A stretch of 64,000 bases of DNA from an uncultured Pseudomonadota bacterium. Lineage in GTDB: Bacteria; Pseudomonadota; Alphaproteobacteria; JACZXZ01. The position numbers and the translations under genes were made by a program. The notes under the pieces were generated by a model, which was given only the letters and a program-made list of their open reading frames with translations, was not told the DNA's origin and ran no database searches. Positions within the stretch are counted from its first letter, which is position 1, and every line of letters begins with the position of its first letter. Of the stretch, positions 1 to 10,283 are shown in pieces. The stretch spans positions 160,001 to 224,000 of the forward strand of contig CAVVLJ010000020.1 in NCBI GenBank assembly GCA_963749075.1. The letters run 5' to 3'.

Positions 1-2
1 GC

Positions 3-3000
3 CACGAGCCGGCCGAGGGCCGGCTTGCGGTCGGCATGGTCTTCCTGCCGCGCACCGACTTCGCCGCGCAGGAGCGCTGCCGCTGCATCGTCGAGGCGGA
101 GATTCTCGCCATGGGCTACGGCATCTACGGCTGGCGCCAGGTGCCGATCGACATCTCGGTGATCGGCGAGAAGGCGAACGCCACGCGGCCGGAGATCGAG
201 CAGATCCTCGTCGCCAACGCCAAGGCCACGGGGGCGCGGCAGTTCGAGATCGATCTCTTCATCATCCGCCGGCGCATCGAGAAGCAGGTGCTGGCCGAGA
301 GCATCCGCGACTTCTACATCTGCTCGCTCTCGTGCCGTTCGGTCATCTACAAGGGCATGTTCTTGGCCGAGCAGCTCACCGCCTTCTATCCGGACCTCGC
401 GGACGAGCGCTTCGTCTCGAACTTCGCCATCTACCACCAGCGCTACTCGACCAACACCTTCCCGAGCTGGTGGCTGGCCCAGCCCTTCCGCATGCTGGCG
501 CACAACGGCGAGATCAACACGCTGCTCGGCAACATCAACTGGATGAAGGCGCACGAGCCGCGCATGGCGCACGAGTGGTTCGGCGCCCATATGGCCGACC
601 TCCTGCCGATCATCCAGCCCGGCAGCTCCGATTCGATGGCGCTCGATGCGGTGTTCGAGGTCATGGTGCGCGCCAACCGCAGCGTGCCCATGGTGAAGAC
701 CATCCTGGTGCCCGAGGCGTGGGCCAACCAGCCGAGCCTGGCGCAGGAGACCCAGGACCTCTACTCCTATTGCAACGCCATCGTCGAGCCGTGGGACGGC
801 CCGGCGGCGATCTGCGCCTACGGCGGGCAATGGGCGGTCGCCTTCGTGGACCGCAACGGCCTGCGTCCCATGCGCTACACCATCACGGACGACGGCCTCA
901 TCGTGGTGGGCTCCGAGACCGGCATGGTGCGCCTCGACGAGACGAAGGTTGTCGAGAAGGGCCGCGTCGGCCCGGGCGCCATGATCGCCGTCGATTTGCG
1001 CGAGGGCAGGCTCTACCACGACGCCGAGGCCAAGGCGATGCTGGCGCGCTCGCGGCCCTTCGGCCAATGGGTGAAGCAGATCAAGAAGCTCGACGGCCTC
1101 ATCAAGACCGGCGCCGACGAGCGCATGGAATTCGCCCGCAACGAGCTGCGCCGCCGCCAGCTCGCCGTCGGCTGGACGCTCGAGGAGCTCGAGATGGTGC
1201 TGCATCCCATGGGCGAGGAGGGCAAGGAGCCGCTCTTCTCCATGGGCGACGACACGCCGCTCGCCGTGCTCTCCGAGCAGCACCGCGGCCTGCACCATTA
1301 TTTCCGCCAGAACTTCAGCCAGGTGACCAACCCGCCGATCGACTCGCTGCGCGAGACGCGGGTGATGTCGCTGGTGACGCGGCTTGGCAATCTCGGCAAC
1401 ATCCTCGACGAGGACGAGTCCCAGTGCCGCCTCCTGCAGCTGAACTCGCCCGTGCTCTCGAACGGCGAGTTCGAGGCCATGCGCGCCTATATGGACGCCA
1501 CGGCGGCCGACATCGACTGCAGCTTCGAGGCCGCCAAGGGCGACGGCGCGCTCCGCGAGGCGATCGCCCGCATCCGCCAGGAGGCGGAGGACGCGGTGCG
1601 CGGCGGCGCCCAGCACGTCGTGCTCACCGACAAGGGCTCGGGGGCGGCGCGGGCACCCATTCCCATGATCCTCGCAGCGGGCGCCGTGCATTCGCATCTC
1701 GTGCGCAAGAAGCTGCGCACCTTCTGCTCGCTCATCGTGCGCAGCGCCGAGTGCATGGACGTGCACTACTTCGCGGTGCTGATCGGCGTCGGCGCCACCA
1801 CGGTCAACGCCTATCTCGCCCAGGAGAGCCTCGCCGACCGCCACCGCCGCGGCCTCTTCGGCGCCCTCTCCTTCGAGGAGGTGGTGCGCCGCTACAAGCA
1901 GGCCGTCGACCAGGGCCTCCTCAAGATCATGTCCAAGATGGGCATCTCGGTGATCAGCTCCTACCGCGGCGGCTATAATTTCGAGGCCTTGGGCCTCTCC
2001 CGCGCGCTCGTCGCCGAGTTCTATCCGGGCATGCCGTCGCGCATCTCGGGCATCGGCTTGAACGGCATCGAGCGCAAGCTGCGCGAGCTCCACGCCCGCG
2101 CCTATGCCGAGGACTTCACCGCACTTCCGGTCGGCGGCTTCTACAGGTACCGCCGCGGCGGCGAGAGCCACGCCTACCAGGGCGCCCTCATCCACACGCT
2201 GCAGACCGCGGTCTCGACCGACTCCTACTCGACCTACAAGAAGTACAGCGAGGGCGTGCGCCGCCAGCCGCCGATCGCCATCCGCGACCTCCTCGAGCTC
2301 ACGCCCAAGGGCCAGCCGGTCTCCCTCGACGAGGTCGAGTCGATCACCGAGATCCGCAAGCGCTTCGTGACGCCCGGCATGTCGCTCGGCGCGCTTGGCC
2401 CCGAGGCGCACGAGACCCTGAATATCGCCATGAACCGCATCGGCGCCAAGGCCGACAGCGGCGAGGGCGGCGAGGACCCGGCGCACTACAAGCCGAAGGC
2501 GAACGGCGACAACCCGAACTCGGCGATCAAGCAGGTCGCCTCGGGCCGCTTCGGCGTCACCGCCGAGTACCTCAACAACTGCCGCGAGCTCGAGATCAAG
2601 ATCGCGCAAGGGTCGAAGCCGGGCGAGGGCGGCCAGCTGCCCGGCTTCAAGGTGACCGAGATGATCGCCAAGCTGCGCCTCTCGACGCCGGGCGTCACCC
2701 TCATCTCGCCGCCGCCGCACCACGACATCTACTCGATCGAGGACCTGGCGCAGCTCATCTACGACCTGAAGCAGATCAGCCCGGACGCCAAGGTGTGCGT
2801 GAAGCTCGTCTCGCGCTCGGGCATCGGCACGGTCGCGGCCGGGGTCGCCAAGGCGAAGGCGGACGTGATCCTCATCTCGGGCCACGTCGGCGGCACCGGC
2901 GCCTCGCCCATGTCGAGCATCAAGTTCGCCGGCACGCCGTGGGAGATGGGGCTCTCCGAGGTCCACCAGGTGCTGACCCTGAACCGCCTGCGCCACCGCG

Positions 3001-4250
3001 TGAAGCTGCGCACCGACGGCGGCATCAAGACCGGGCGCGACGTGGTGATCGCGGCGATGCTGGGTGCCGAGGAATACGGCGTCGGCACCGCGGCACTCGT
3101 CGCCATGGGCTGCATCCTGGTGCGCCAGTGCCACTCGAACACCTGCCCGGTCGGCGTCTGCACCCAGGACCCCAAGCTCAGGGCCAAGTTCGAGGGCACG
3201 CCCGAGCGCGTGGTCAACCTCTTCACCTTCATCGCCGAGGAGGTGCGCGAGATCCTCGCTTCGCTCGGCGCCCGCTCGCTCAACGACATCATCGGGCGCA
3301 CCGACCTCCTATTCCAGATGAGCCGCGGCAGCCCGCACCTCGACGACCTCGACCTCAACCAGATCCTCGCCAAGGCCGATCCGGGCGACTATCCGCGCTA
3401 CTCGACCCTCGAGGGCCGCAACGAGGTGCCCGACACGCTCGACGCGCAGATCCTGAAGGACGCCAAGGCGCTCCTCGAGGACGGCGAGAAGATGCAGCTC
3501 GCCTACACCATCCGCAACACCTACCGCGCCATCGGCACGCGCCTCTCCTCGGCGATCACGCGCAAATACGGCATGACCGGCCTGCCGGCCGGCCACGTCA
3601 CCGTGCGCCTGCGCGGCTCGGCCGGCCAGTCGCTCGGCGCCTTCGCGGTGCGCGGCCTCAAGCTCGAGGTGTTCGGCGACGCCAACGACTATGTGGGGAA
3701 GGGGCTCTCCGGCGGCACCATCGTGCTGCGGCCGATGACGGCGGCACTCTATGCCAGCCAGGAGAACACCATCATAGGCAACACGGTGCTCTATGGTGCT
3801 ACCGCCGGCCGGCTCTTCGCCGCCGGCCAGGCGGGCGAGCGCTTCGCCGTGCGCAACTCGGGCGCCGAGGCGGTGATCGAGGGCTGCGGCTCGAACGGCT
3901 GCGAGTACATGACCGGAGGGGCCGTCGTCATCCTCGGCCCCGTCGGCGACAACTTCGCGGCCGGCATGACCGGCGGCAGCGCCTTCGTCTACGACCCGGA
4001 GGAAGAGCTCGAGAAGCGCATCAACCCCGAATCGGTGATCTGGCAGCGCATCGAGATGCCCTACTGGGAGAACCTCTGCCGCCAGCTCGTCGAGGCGCAC
4101 GTCGAGAACACCCAGTCGCGCTGGGCCGCGGGCCTGCTCAACGACTGGGATCGCGAACTCGCTAAATTCTGGCAGATCGTCCCTAAGGAGATGATCGGCC
4201 GCCTGTCCCAGCCCACCACCCGCGAGCCTCCCTCGGAAGCGCGCGCGTGA
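3..4250 (+). CDS. gltB: Glutamate synthase large subunit (5' end outside window)
   Basis: HQRYSTNT, HNGEINT, EPWDGPA, IKQVASGRFGV, KPGEGGQLPG, SPPPHHDIYSIEDL, CHSNTCPVGVC 3Fe-4S motif, GXGXG C-terminal domain; frame is open from position 3. Confidence 0.98.
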   Translation, partial: HEPAEGRLAVGMVFLPRTDFAAQERCRCIVEAEILAMGYGIYGWRQVPIDISVIGEKANATRPEIEQILVANAKATGARQFEIDLFIIRRRIEKQVLAESIRDFYICSLSCRSVIYKGMFLAEQLTAFYPDLADERFVSNFAIYHQRYSTNTFPSWWLAQPFRMLAHNGEINTLLGNINWMKAHEPRMAHEWFGAHMADLLPIIQPGSSDSMALDAVFEVMVRANRSVPMVKTILVPEAWANQPSLAQETQDLYSYCNAIVEPWDGPAAICAYGGQWAVAFVDRNGLRPMRYTITDDGLIVVGSETGMVRLDETKVVEKGRVGPGAMIAVDLREGRLYHDAEAKAMLARSRPFGQWVKQIKKLDGLIKTGADERMEFARNELRRRQLAVGWTLEELEMVLHPMGEEGKEPLFSMGDDTPLAVLSEQHRGLHHYFRQNFSQVTNPPIDSLRETRVMSLVTRLGNLGNILDEDESQCRLLQLNSPVLSNGEFEAMRAYMDATAADIDCSFEAAKGDGALREAIARIRQEAEDAVRGGAQHVVLTDKGSGAARAPIPMILAAGAVHSHLVRKKLRTFCSLIVRSAECMDVHYFAVLIGVGATTVNAYLAQESLADRHRRGLFGALSFEEVVRRYKQAVDQGLLKIMSKMGISVISSYRGGYNFEALGLSRALVAEFYPGMPSRISGIGLNGIERKLRELHARAYAEDFTALPVGGFYRYRRGGESHAYQGALIHTLQTAVSTDSYSTYKKYSEGVRRQPPIAIRDLLELTPKGQPVSLDEVESITEIRKRFVTPGMSLGALGPEAHETLNIAMNRIGAKADSGEGGEDPAHYKPKANGDNPNSAIKQVASGRFGVTAEYLNNCRELEIKIAQGSKPGEGGQLPGFKVTEMIAKLRLSTPGVTLISPPPHHDIYSIEDLAQLIYDLKQISPDAKVCVKLVSRSGIGTVAAGVAKAKADVILISGHVGGTGASPMSSIKFAGTPWEMGLSEVHQVLTLNRLRHRVKLRTDGGIKTGRDVVIAAMLGAEEYGVGTAALVAMGCILVRQCHSNTCPVGVCTQDPKLRAKFEGTPERVVNLFTFIAEEVREILASLGARSLNDIIGRTDLLFQMSRGSPHLDDLDLNQILAKADPGDYPRYSTLEGRNEVPDTLDAQILKDAKALLEDGEKMQLAYTIRNTYRAIGTRLSSAITRKYGMTGLPAGHVTVRLRGSAGQSLGAFAVRGLKLEVFGDANDYVGKGLSGGTIVLRPMTAALYASQENTIIGNTVLYGATAGRLFAAGQAGERFAVRNSGAEAVIEGCGSNGCEYMTGGAVVILGPVGDNFAAGMTGGSAFVYDPEEELEKRINPESVIWQRIEMPYWENLCRQLVEAHVENTQSRWAAGLLNDWDRELAKFWQIVPKEMIGRLSQPTTREPPSEARA

Positions 4251-4263
4251 GCGCTCCGAACAA

Positions 4264-4448
4264 CCCTCTCCCCAACGTGGGAGAGGGTGCGCGCGCAGCG
4301 CGCGGGTGAGGTAGCCCTCTCCCGCTTGCGGGAGAGGGTGCGAGCGCAGCGCGCGGGTGAGGGATAGTGGTACGGCATGACAAATATCCCTCACCTTCCC
4401 GCGGCCTTGCGGCCGTGGGCCCCTCCCTCTCCCGCGAGCGGGAGAGGG
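4264..4448. repeat. Palindromic repeat family A (CCCTCTCCC..GGGAGAGGG / CCCTCACC..GGTGAGGG): copies at 4264-4311, 4315-4363 and an inverted copy at 4388-4448
   Basis: Direct inspection; related copies at 11963, 38968, 58520. Confidence 0.9.
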
Positions 4449-5348
4449 AGAGCCGGGCGGCGCGCGCTCATTCTCCTGGCGCTCGCGGTGCTCTGCTTCG
4501 GGACCGCCTGGCCGGTGACCAAGGTGGCCCTCAGCGAGGCCACGCCCATCTGGTTCGCCGCGGCGCGTGCCGGCCTCGGCGTCGTCTCGTCCTTCACCCT
4601 CCTCGCCCTTCTCGGCCGCCTCCGTCTCCCCGCGCGCGGCGACCTGCCGATCGTGCTCTCGATCGGCGTCCTCCAGCTCACTGCTTTCTTCGCCCTCAGC
4701 AATCTCGGCCTCAGCCACGTGGCGGCAGCGCGCTCGGTGGTGCTCGCCTATACCACGACGATCTGGCTCGTGCCCCTGGCCCTCCTCGCGGGCGAGCGCA
4801 TCGGGCGCTGGCGCGCCGTGGGCGTCGGCTTAGGCCTCGCCGGCGTGGCGCTCCTCTGCAACCCGTTTGTGATCGACTGGACGAGCGGCGAGGTGCTGGC
4901 GGGGAACGCAGCACTCCTCATGGCGGCCCTCGCCTGGGCGCTCGCCATCCTTCACGCGCGGCGGCACCGCTGGCGCGGCTCGCCGCTCGATCTCCTGCCC
5001 TGGCAGTTCCTCGTGGCGGGGGTGCTGCTGACGCTCCTCGCTGCAGCCTTCGAGCCCGCGGGCGGCATCGGCCGCGGCGGCGCGGCCATCGCGGCACTCC
5101 TCTACGTCGGCATCGTCGCGGGTCCCTTCGCCACCTGGGCCGCTACCTCGGTCGCGCGCGCGCTGCCGACGCTCGTCACCTCGCTCGGCTTCCTCTTCGT
5201 GCCCGTGCTCGGCATGCTGCTCTCGACCCTCTGGCTTGGCGAGGCCGTCACGCCGGCGCTCGCGGGAGGTGCTGCCCTCATCCTCCTCGGCCTCGCCCTC
5301 ATCGCCTTGGGCGGCGCGCGCGGGCGGCCTAGGGCCGGGTCGTTCTGA
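4377..5348 (+). CDS. DMT/EamA family transporter
   Basis: About 10 hydrophobic segments, two EamA-like repeats (GTAWPVTK, LAGERIG, LWLGEAVT). Confidence 0.9.
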   Translation: MTNIPHLPAALRPWAPPSPASGRGRAGRRALILLALAVLCFGTAWPVTKVALSEATPIWFAAARAGLGVVSSFTLLALLGRLRLPARGDLPIVLSIGVLQLTAFFALSNLGLSHVAAARSVVLAYTTTIWLVPLALLAGERIGRWRAVGVGLGLAGVALLCNPFVIDWTSGEVLAGNAALLMAALAWALAILHARRHRWRGSPLDLLPWQFLVAGVLLTLLAAAFEPAGGIGRGGAAIAALLYVGIVAGPFATWAATSVARALPTLVTSLGFLFVPVLGMLLSTLWLGEAVTPALAGGAALILLGLALIALGGARGRPRAGSF

Positions 5349-6285
5349 CCGCAGGCCTCGGCGCCTTCTCCGCGGCCTGCTCGATCGCCTCGGCGACGGT
5401 TTCGGCCGCCTCTTCCTCCGCCAGCCCGAGGCGGTCGCCGAGGCGCACCATCTCCTCGACGCCGGCAGCACCCAGCCCGCCGGCGGCAAGCCGGTCCTCG
5501 ATCAGCCGCTGGTATTGCTCGCGCCGGCGCCTTAGCTGATCCATGAAGCCCACGGTGACGAGGCCGGAGAAGATCGCGAGGGTCATGATCCCGACGATCG
5601 AAATGACGCCGCCGAGAATCCGGCCGGTGACGGTGACCGGCACCATGTCGCCGTAACCGACGGTGGTGAGGGTCTCGATCGCCCACCACATGGCGGCTGG
5701 GATCGAGCTGAAGACCTCGGGCTGCGCCTCGCCCTCGACCATGTACATCAGCGAGCCGCTCAAGGTCAGCACGAGGCAAAGGATGAAGAGGACCGCGCCG
5801 AGCGGCCCGCCTTCTTCGCGAAACACCGCCCAAATCAGGCTGAAGATGGTCGAGTGGCGGGTGAGCTTGAGCATGCGCAGCAGGCGGATGAGGCGCAGCA
5901 CGCGAAGATCGCTGGCTCCCAGCATCCCGAGCACCGCCGGGAGGACGGCGACGAGGTCGATGAGCGCGAAGAATCCGCGCATATAGTTGAGGCGCCCCCA
6001 GAGCGGATGACGGAACGCCCCGCTGCGGCGGTCCACGGCCGTCCAGACCCGCAGCGCATATTCGATGACGAATGCCGCGGTCGACACCTGCTCGATCGCC
6101 CAGAAGGCGTCCGGGTGGCGGGCGCGCAGGGGTTCCACCGATTCGAGGATCACCGCGCTGACATTCACCACGATCAACAGCGCGAGCGAGACGTTGAAGA
6201 GCCGGACCGCCAGGCTTTGCGGCGCGTCGTCATCGAAGAGCGGGTTGAGCTTGCGGCGGAGCGCAACCAGCCGGCGCCAACTCAT
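5329..6285 (-). CDS. Voltage-gated potassium channel (Ion_trans family)
   Basis: TTVGYGD selectivity filter, S4-like LRVLRLIRLLRMLKL. Confidence 0.93.
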   Translation of the reverse strand: MSWRRLVALRRKLNPLFDDDAPQSLAVRLFNVSLALLIVVNVSAVILESVEPLRARHPDAFWAIEQVSTAAFVIEYALRVWTAVDRRSGAFRHPLWGRLNYMRGFFALIDLVAVLPAVLGMLGASDLRVLRLIRLLRMLKLTRHSTIFSLIWAVFREEGGPLGAVLFILCLVLTLSGSLMYMVEGEAQPEVFSSIPAAMWWAIETLTTVGYGDMVPVTVTGRILGGVISIVGIMTLAIFSGLVTVGFMDQLRRRREQYQRLIEDRLAAGGLGAAGVEEMVRLGDRLGLAEEEAAETVAEAIEQAAEKAPRPAVRTTRP

Positions 6286-6470
6286 CGTGAACCTTCCCCG
6301 GTTGGAAAAGCCGCGACTTTAGACCGTGCCAATGAACTTTTTTGGTCGCACCGCGCCGCTCGCGGTCGGCGGCCATCCTGCCCGCCGTCCTCGGCGTTGA
6401 TCCGCGCCGGAAAAGGCGCCGGTCCTTTGCCCCTACACGGGCGCTTCTCGATCCACTAAAATCCCGCGCC

Positions 6471-7139
6471 ATGCGCACGCTCTACCACCTCTGGCTCTCC
6501 GCCTACTCGCGCAAGGTGCGCGTCGTTCTCAAGGAGAAGAAGCTCGAGTTCGACATGCAGGCCGAGAACGTGTGGGAGCGGCGGCGCGATTTCCTGGCGC
6601 TCAATCCCGCGGGCCAGGTGCCGGTGCTCGTCGACGAGGACGGCACCGTGGTCGCCGACAGCCAGACGATCTGCGAGTATCTCGAGGAGCTGCATCCCGA
6701 GCCGGCACTCATCCAGGGTGCCCCCCGCGAGCGCGCCGAGGTGCGCCGCCTCGTCGCCTGGTTCGATCTCAAGTTCGGCCCCGAGGTGACGCGCAACCTG
6801 GTGGGCGAGAAGATCATGAAGCGCGTGCTCGGCAACGGCCAGCCCAACTCGGCGGCCATCCGCGCCGGCCACCAGAACATCCACTACCACCTCGACTACA
6901 TCGGCTATCTCGCCGACCGGCGCAATTGGCTCGCGGGCGACGCCTTCTCGCTCGCCGACATCGCGGCGGGCACCCAGCTCTCCTCCGTCGACTACATCGG
7001 CGACGTCCCGTGGGACGAGCATCCGCGGGCGCGCGAATGGTACGCGCGCCTCAAATCGCGCCCGAGCTTCCGGCCGCTTCTCGCCGACCACATCCCGGGC
7101 GTCCCGCCCTCCGCCCATTACGCGGACCTGGATTTCTGA
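6471..7139 (+). CDS. fzlA: Glutathione S-transferase-like FtsZ-binding protein FzlA
   Basis: MRTLYHLWLS..SRKVR, LNPAGQVPVL, WYARLKSRPSFRPLLAD, C-terminal HYADLDF typical of FzlA. Confidence 0.85.
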   Translation: MRTLYHLWLSAYSRKVRVVLKEKKLEFDMQAENVWERRRDFLALNPAGQVPVLVDEDGTVVADSQTICEYLEELHPEPALIQGAPRERAEVRRLVAWFDLKFGPEVTRNLVGEKIMKRVLGNGQPNSAAIRAGHQNIHYHLDYIGYLADRRNWLAGDAFSLADIAAGTQLSSVDYIGDVPWDEHPRAREWYARLKSRPSFRPLLADHIPGVPPSAHYADLDF

Positions 7140-7295
7140 AACTCGGAATCATCGATGCGCAGCCCACCCCCCTCCCTAACCCTCCCCCTCAAGGGGGGAG
7201 GGGATCTGCGCGACAAGACAGCAAACTTCCCCCTCCCCCTTGAAGAGGGAGGGTGGCGACGGGGTGGCACACGCTTCAACGATCGTGAGCACTAG
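7136..7295. repeat. Family B MITE-like palindromic element (CCCTCCCCC..GGGGGAGGG hairpins)
   Basis: Aligns including flanks with 25008, 36557, 44617. Confidence 0.85.
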
Positions 7296-7298
7296 CCG

Positions 7299-8243
7299 GT
7301 GCGCACGTCGCCCCCCACGCCGCCGCAGCGCAGGCTCTTCTGCTTCGGCCTCGGCTTTTCCGCGGGCGTGCTTGCGGATCGCCTCCTAAGAGAGGGCTGG
7401 CGCGTTGCCGGGACCACGCGCAGTGCGGCCAAGGCGGCGGCACTCGCGGCGCGCGGCATCGAGGCCTTCCTCTTCGACCGTGGACGGCCCCTCGCAGAGG
7501 CGAGTGCCGTGCTCGCCGGCACCAGCCATCTCCTCTCCTCGGTGCCGCCCGACGAGGCGGGCGACCCGGTGCTCGACCATCACGGCGGCGACATCGCGGC
7601 ACTCGCGGGTGTGGCCTGGCTCGGCTATCTCTCGACCACCGGGGTCTACGGCGACCATGGCGGCGCCCTCGTCGACGAGGGCACGCCGCTCGCACCCGTG
7701 AGCGCCCGCGCGCGCCGGCGCGCAGCCGCCGAGGCGGCGTGGCTCGGGCTCCTGCGCGAGCACGGGCTGCCGGTCCACGTCTTCCGCCTTGCCGGCATCT
7801 ACGGGCCCGGGCGCAGCGCCTTCGAGTCCTTGCGCGCCGGCACCGCCAGGCGCATCGACAAGCCCGGCCAGCTCTTCTCGCGCATCCACGTCGAGGACAT
7901 CGCCGCGGTGCTCACGGCCTCGATGGCGCGGCCCGATCCGGGTGCCGTCTATAATCTCTGCGACGACCGTCCGGCGGCGAGCGCCGACGTCGTCGCCCAT
8001 GCGGCAGCGCTCCTCGGCATGCCGCCGCCGCCCCTCATCCCCTTCGCGGCGGCGGAGCTTTCGCCCATGGCGGCGAGCTTCTACGGCGAAGCGCGCCGCG
8101 TGAGCAACGGCCGCATCAAGCGCGAGCTCGGCGTGCGCCTCAAATATCCCGATTACGAGAGCGGCTTAGCTGCCATCCTCGCGGCCGAGGGCGGCGGGCG
8201 CTCAGGCGAGCTGGTCGCAAAGGGCAGCCACGATCCGGCATAG
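7299..8243 (+). CDS. Atypical SDR / NAD-dependent epimerase-dehydratase
   Basis: FGLGFSA, YLSTTGVYGD, FRLAGIYGPGR, FSRIHVEDIA. Confidence 0.9.
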   Translation: MRTSPPTPPQRRLFCFGLGFSAGVLADRLLREGWRVAGTTRSAAKAAALAARGIEAFLFDRGRPLAEASAVLAGTSHLLSSVPPDEAGDPVLDHHGGDIAALAGVAWLGYLSTTGVYGDHGGALVDEGTPLAPVSARARRRAAAEAAWLGLLREHGLPVHVFRLAGIYGPGRSAFESLRAGTARRIDKPGQLFSRIHVEDIAAVLTASMARPDPGAVYNLCDDRPAASADVVAHAAALLGMPPPPLIPFAAAELSPMAASFYGEARRVSNGRIKRELGVRLKYPDYESGLAAILAAEGGGRSGELVAKGSHDPA

Positions 8244-8982
8244 GCGCAAGAGGTCGTGGGGCTCGGAGAGGCGGTGCCCGCCGCCCTTGACGAGCGTCAG
8301 CTCGAACGTCGCTCGAGGCGAGCCGCATGGCGATGCGGAACGACGTCTCGAACGGCACGTCCGGGTCGGCGAGCCCGTGGATGAGGCGAACTGGCCCCGC
8401 GAAGGCGATGGGGCCGCAGAGCACGAGGTGCTTGCGGCCGTCCTCGATGAGGGCGCCGGTGATCGCCATCGGCTCCTCGTCGTATTGCGAGGGGAGCCGC
8501 AGCACGCCTACCGCCGCGAGGCGCGCGCGCTGGTCGGGCGAGAAGTGCTTCCACATGAGCTCCTCGGTGAAGTCCGCGGCGGCGGCGATGCCGACGAGGC
8601 CCTTGACGCGCTCGCGTCGCGCCAAGGCCGCGAGCAGCATGAGCCAGCCGCCCAGGCTCGAGCCGACGAGGACGAGGGGACCCTCGGTGAGCCTGTCGAG
8701 CGCCAGGAGCGCGTCGTCGAGCCAGTCGCCGATCACCGTCTCCTCGAAACGTCCGCTCGATTGGCCGTGGCCGCGGTAGTCGAAGCGGAGGAAGCCCTGG
8801 CCGCGCGCCCGCGCGAGCGCCTCGAGCGCCAGCGCCTTGCCGCCCGTCATGTCGGAGCGGAGGCCGGTCAGGAAGACGACCGTCGGGCTGCGGCCGTGGC
8901 ACCTCTGGTAGGCGATGGCGCCGCCCTCGGGCCGTGCTAATCTCGCGGCCGGCTGGGCTTCAGGGGATGCGGTGGCGGTCAT
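8202..8982 (-). CDS. Alpha/beta hydrolase (ABHD10-like) with an apparent +1 frameshift at about 8305
   Basis: GSSLGG nucleophile elbow, RFDYRGHGQS, IHGLADPDVP; removing one base at CGAAC restores VELTLVKGGGHRLS (catalytic His) and a stop at 8202-8204. Confidence 0.85.
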
Positions 8983-9068
8983 GGAGCCTGTCCCAAGCTG
9001 TCGGAGTGGGAGCGTTGCGAGCCACAGGAGCTAGGGGCGAATTTAGCATCGGTCCGGCAGTCCGCCCA

Positions 9069-9128
9069 GGAGGGCACTTGGCGGGAGGACACTTGGCGGG
9101 AGGACACTTGGCGGGCGGGCACACGGAG
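9069..9128 (+). repeat. 15-bp tandem repeat (GGAGG[G/A]CACTTGGCG x3 plus one degenerate unit)
   Basis: Direct inspection; encodes GGHLA x3 in the GT4 frame. Confidence 0.9.
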
Positions 9129-10283
9129 GGCGGCCGGCCGGTGGTGCTGCAAGTGCTGCCGGCGCTCGGCCAGGGCGGTGCCGAGCGCGGCTGCGTCGAC
9201 GTGGCGGCGGCGATCGCCGAGGCGGGTGGGGAGGCGCTCGTCGCCTCTGCCGGCGGGCCGCTCGAGCGCGAGCTGCAGCGCGCCGGCGTGCGGCATGTCA
9301 CGCTGCCGCTCGACAGCAAGAACCCCTTCGTGATGCGCGCCAACGTGGGCCGCCTCGTCTCGCTCATCGAGCGCGCCCACGTCGACATCGTGCATGCGCG
9401 GAGCCGGGCGCCCGCCTGGAGCGCCCTCGCCGCGGCCCGTCGCACGGGCCGCACCTTCCTCACCACCTTTCACGGCACCTACAACGAGCATGGCTACTTG
9501 AAGCACCTCTATAATTCGGTGATGGCCAAGGGCGACCTGGTGATCGCCATCTCCCGGCACATCGCCGAGCTCATCCCGCAGCGTTACGGCATCGACCCGG
9601 CGCGCGTGCGCCTCATCCCGCGCGGCATCGATCTCGCCCTCTTCGATCCCGCCAGCATCTCGCCCTCGCGCCTCGTGCAGTTGACCGAGGCCTGGCGCCT
9701 CGTCGACGGCATGCCGGTCGTCATGCTGCCCGGGCGGCTCACGCGCTGGAAGGGCCAGACCGTGCTCATCGAGGCGCTGGCACGGCTCGGGCGCAGGGAC
9801 ATCCGCTGCCTCGTCGTGGGCTCCGACGAGGGCCGCCGCGGCTACCGGCGCGAGCTCGAGGCGCTGATCGCGGCGCGCGGGCTCGGCGGCATCGTGCAGA
9901 TCGTCGAGCACTGCCGCGACATGCCGGCCGCCTACATGCTGGCGGACGTGGTGGTGTCGGCCTCGACCGATCCCGAGGCCTTCGGCCGCGTCGCGGTCGA
10001 GGCCCAGGCCATGGGCCGGCCGGTGATCGCGAGCGATCACGGCGGCAGCAGCGAGACCGTGCTCGAGGGCGGCACCGGCTGGCTGGTGCCGCCGGGCGAC
10101 CCGGCGACCCTTGCCGCGGCTCTCGACGAGGCCCTCGCCCTCGACGCCGAGGCCCGCGAGGCGCTCGCCGCCGCCGCGATGGCGCATGCGCGCGCCAACT
10201 TCTCCAAGGACGCCATGTGCGCGCGCACGCTCGCGGTCTACGACGAGCTCATGGCGCTTGCCGCCGGCCAAGTCGCGGCGTGA
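9078..10283 (+). CDS. Glycosyltransferase family 4 (start uncertain: TTG 9078/9093/9108 or GTG 9141)
   Basis: LQVLPAL..GGAERG, HARSRAPAW, GRLTRWKGQ, EAFGRVAVEAQAMG (EX7E). Confidence 0.92.
   Translation: MAGGHLAGGHLAGGHTEGGRPVVLQVLPALGQGGAERGCVDVAAAIAEAGGEALVASAGGPLERELQRAGVRHVTLPLDSKNPFVMRANVGRLVSLIERAHVDIVHARSRAPAWSALAAARRTGRTFLTTFHGTYNEHGYLKHLYNSVMAKGDLVIAISRHIAELIPQRYGIDPARVRLIPRGIDLALFDPASISPSRLVQLTEAWRLVDGMPVVMLPGRLTRWKGQTVLIEALARLGRRDIRCLVVGSDEGRRGYRRELEALIAARGLGGIVQIVEHCRDMPAAYMLADVVVSASTDPEAFGRVAVEAQAMGRPVIASDHGGSSETVLEGGTGWLVPPGDPATLAAALDEALALDAEAREALAAAAMAHARANFSKDAMCARTLAVYDELMALAAGQVAA

Noticed and set aside
332-4718. Long alternative-frame ORFs over gltB (and similar ones over pheT, lepA, iolD and the ABC genes)
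   Set aside because: Arg/Pro/Gly-rich shadow frames with no motifs; explained by GC3 bias
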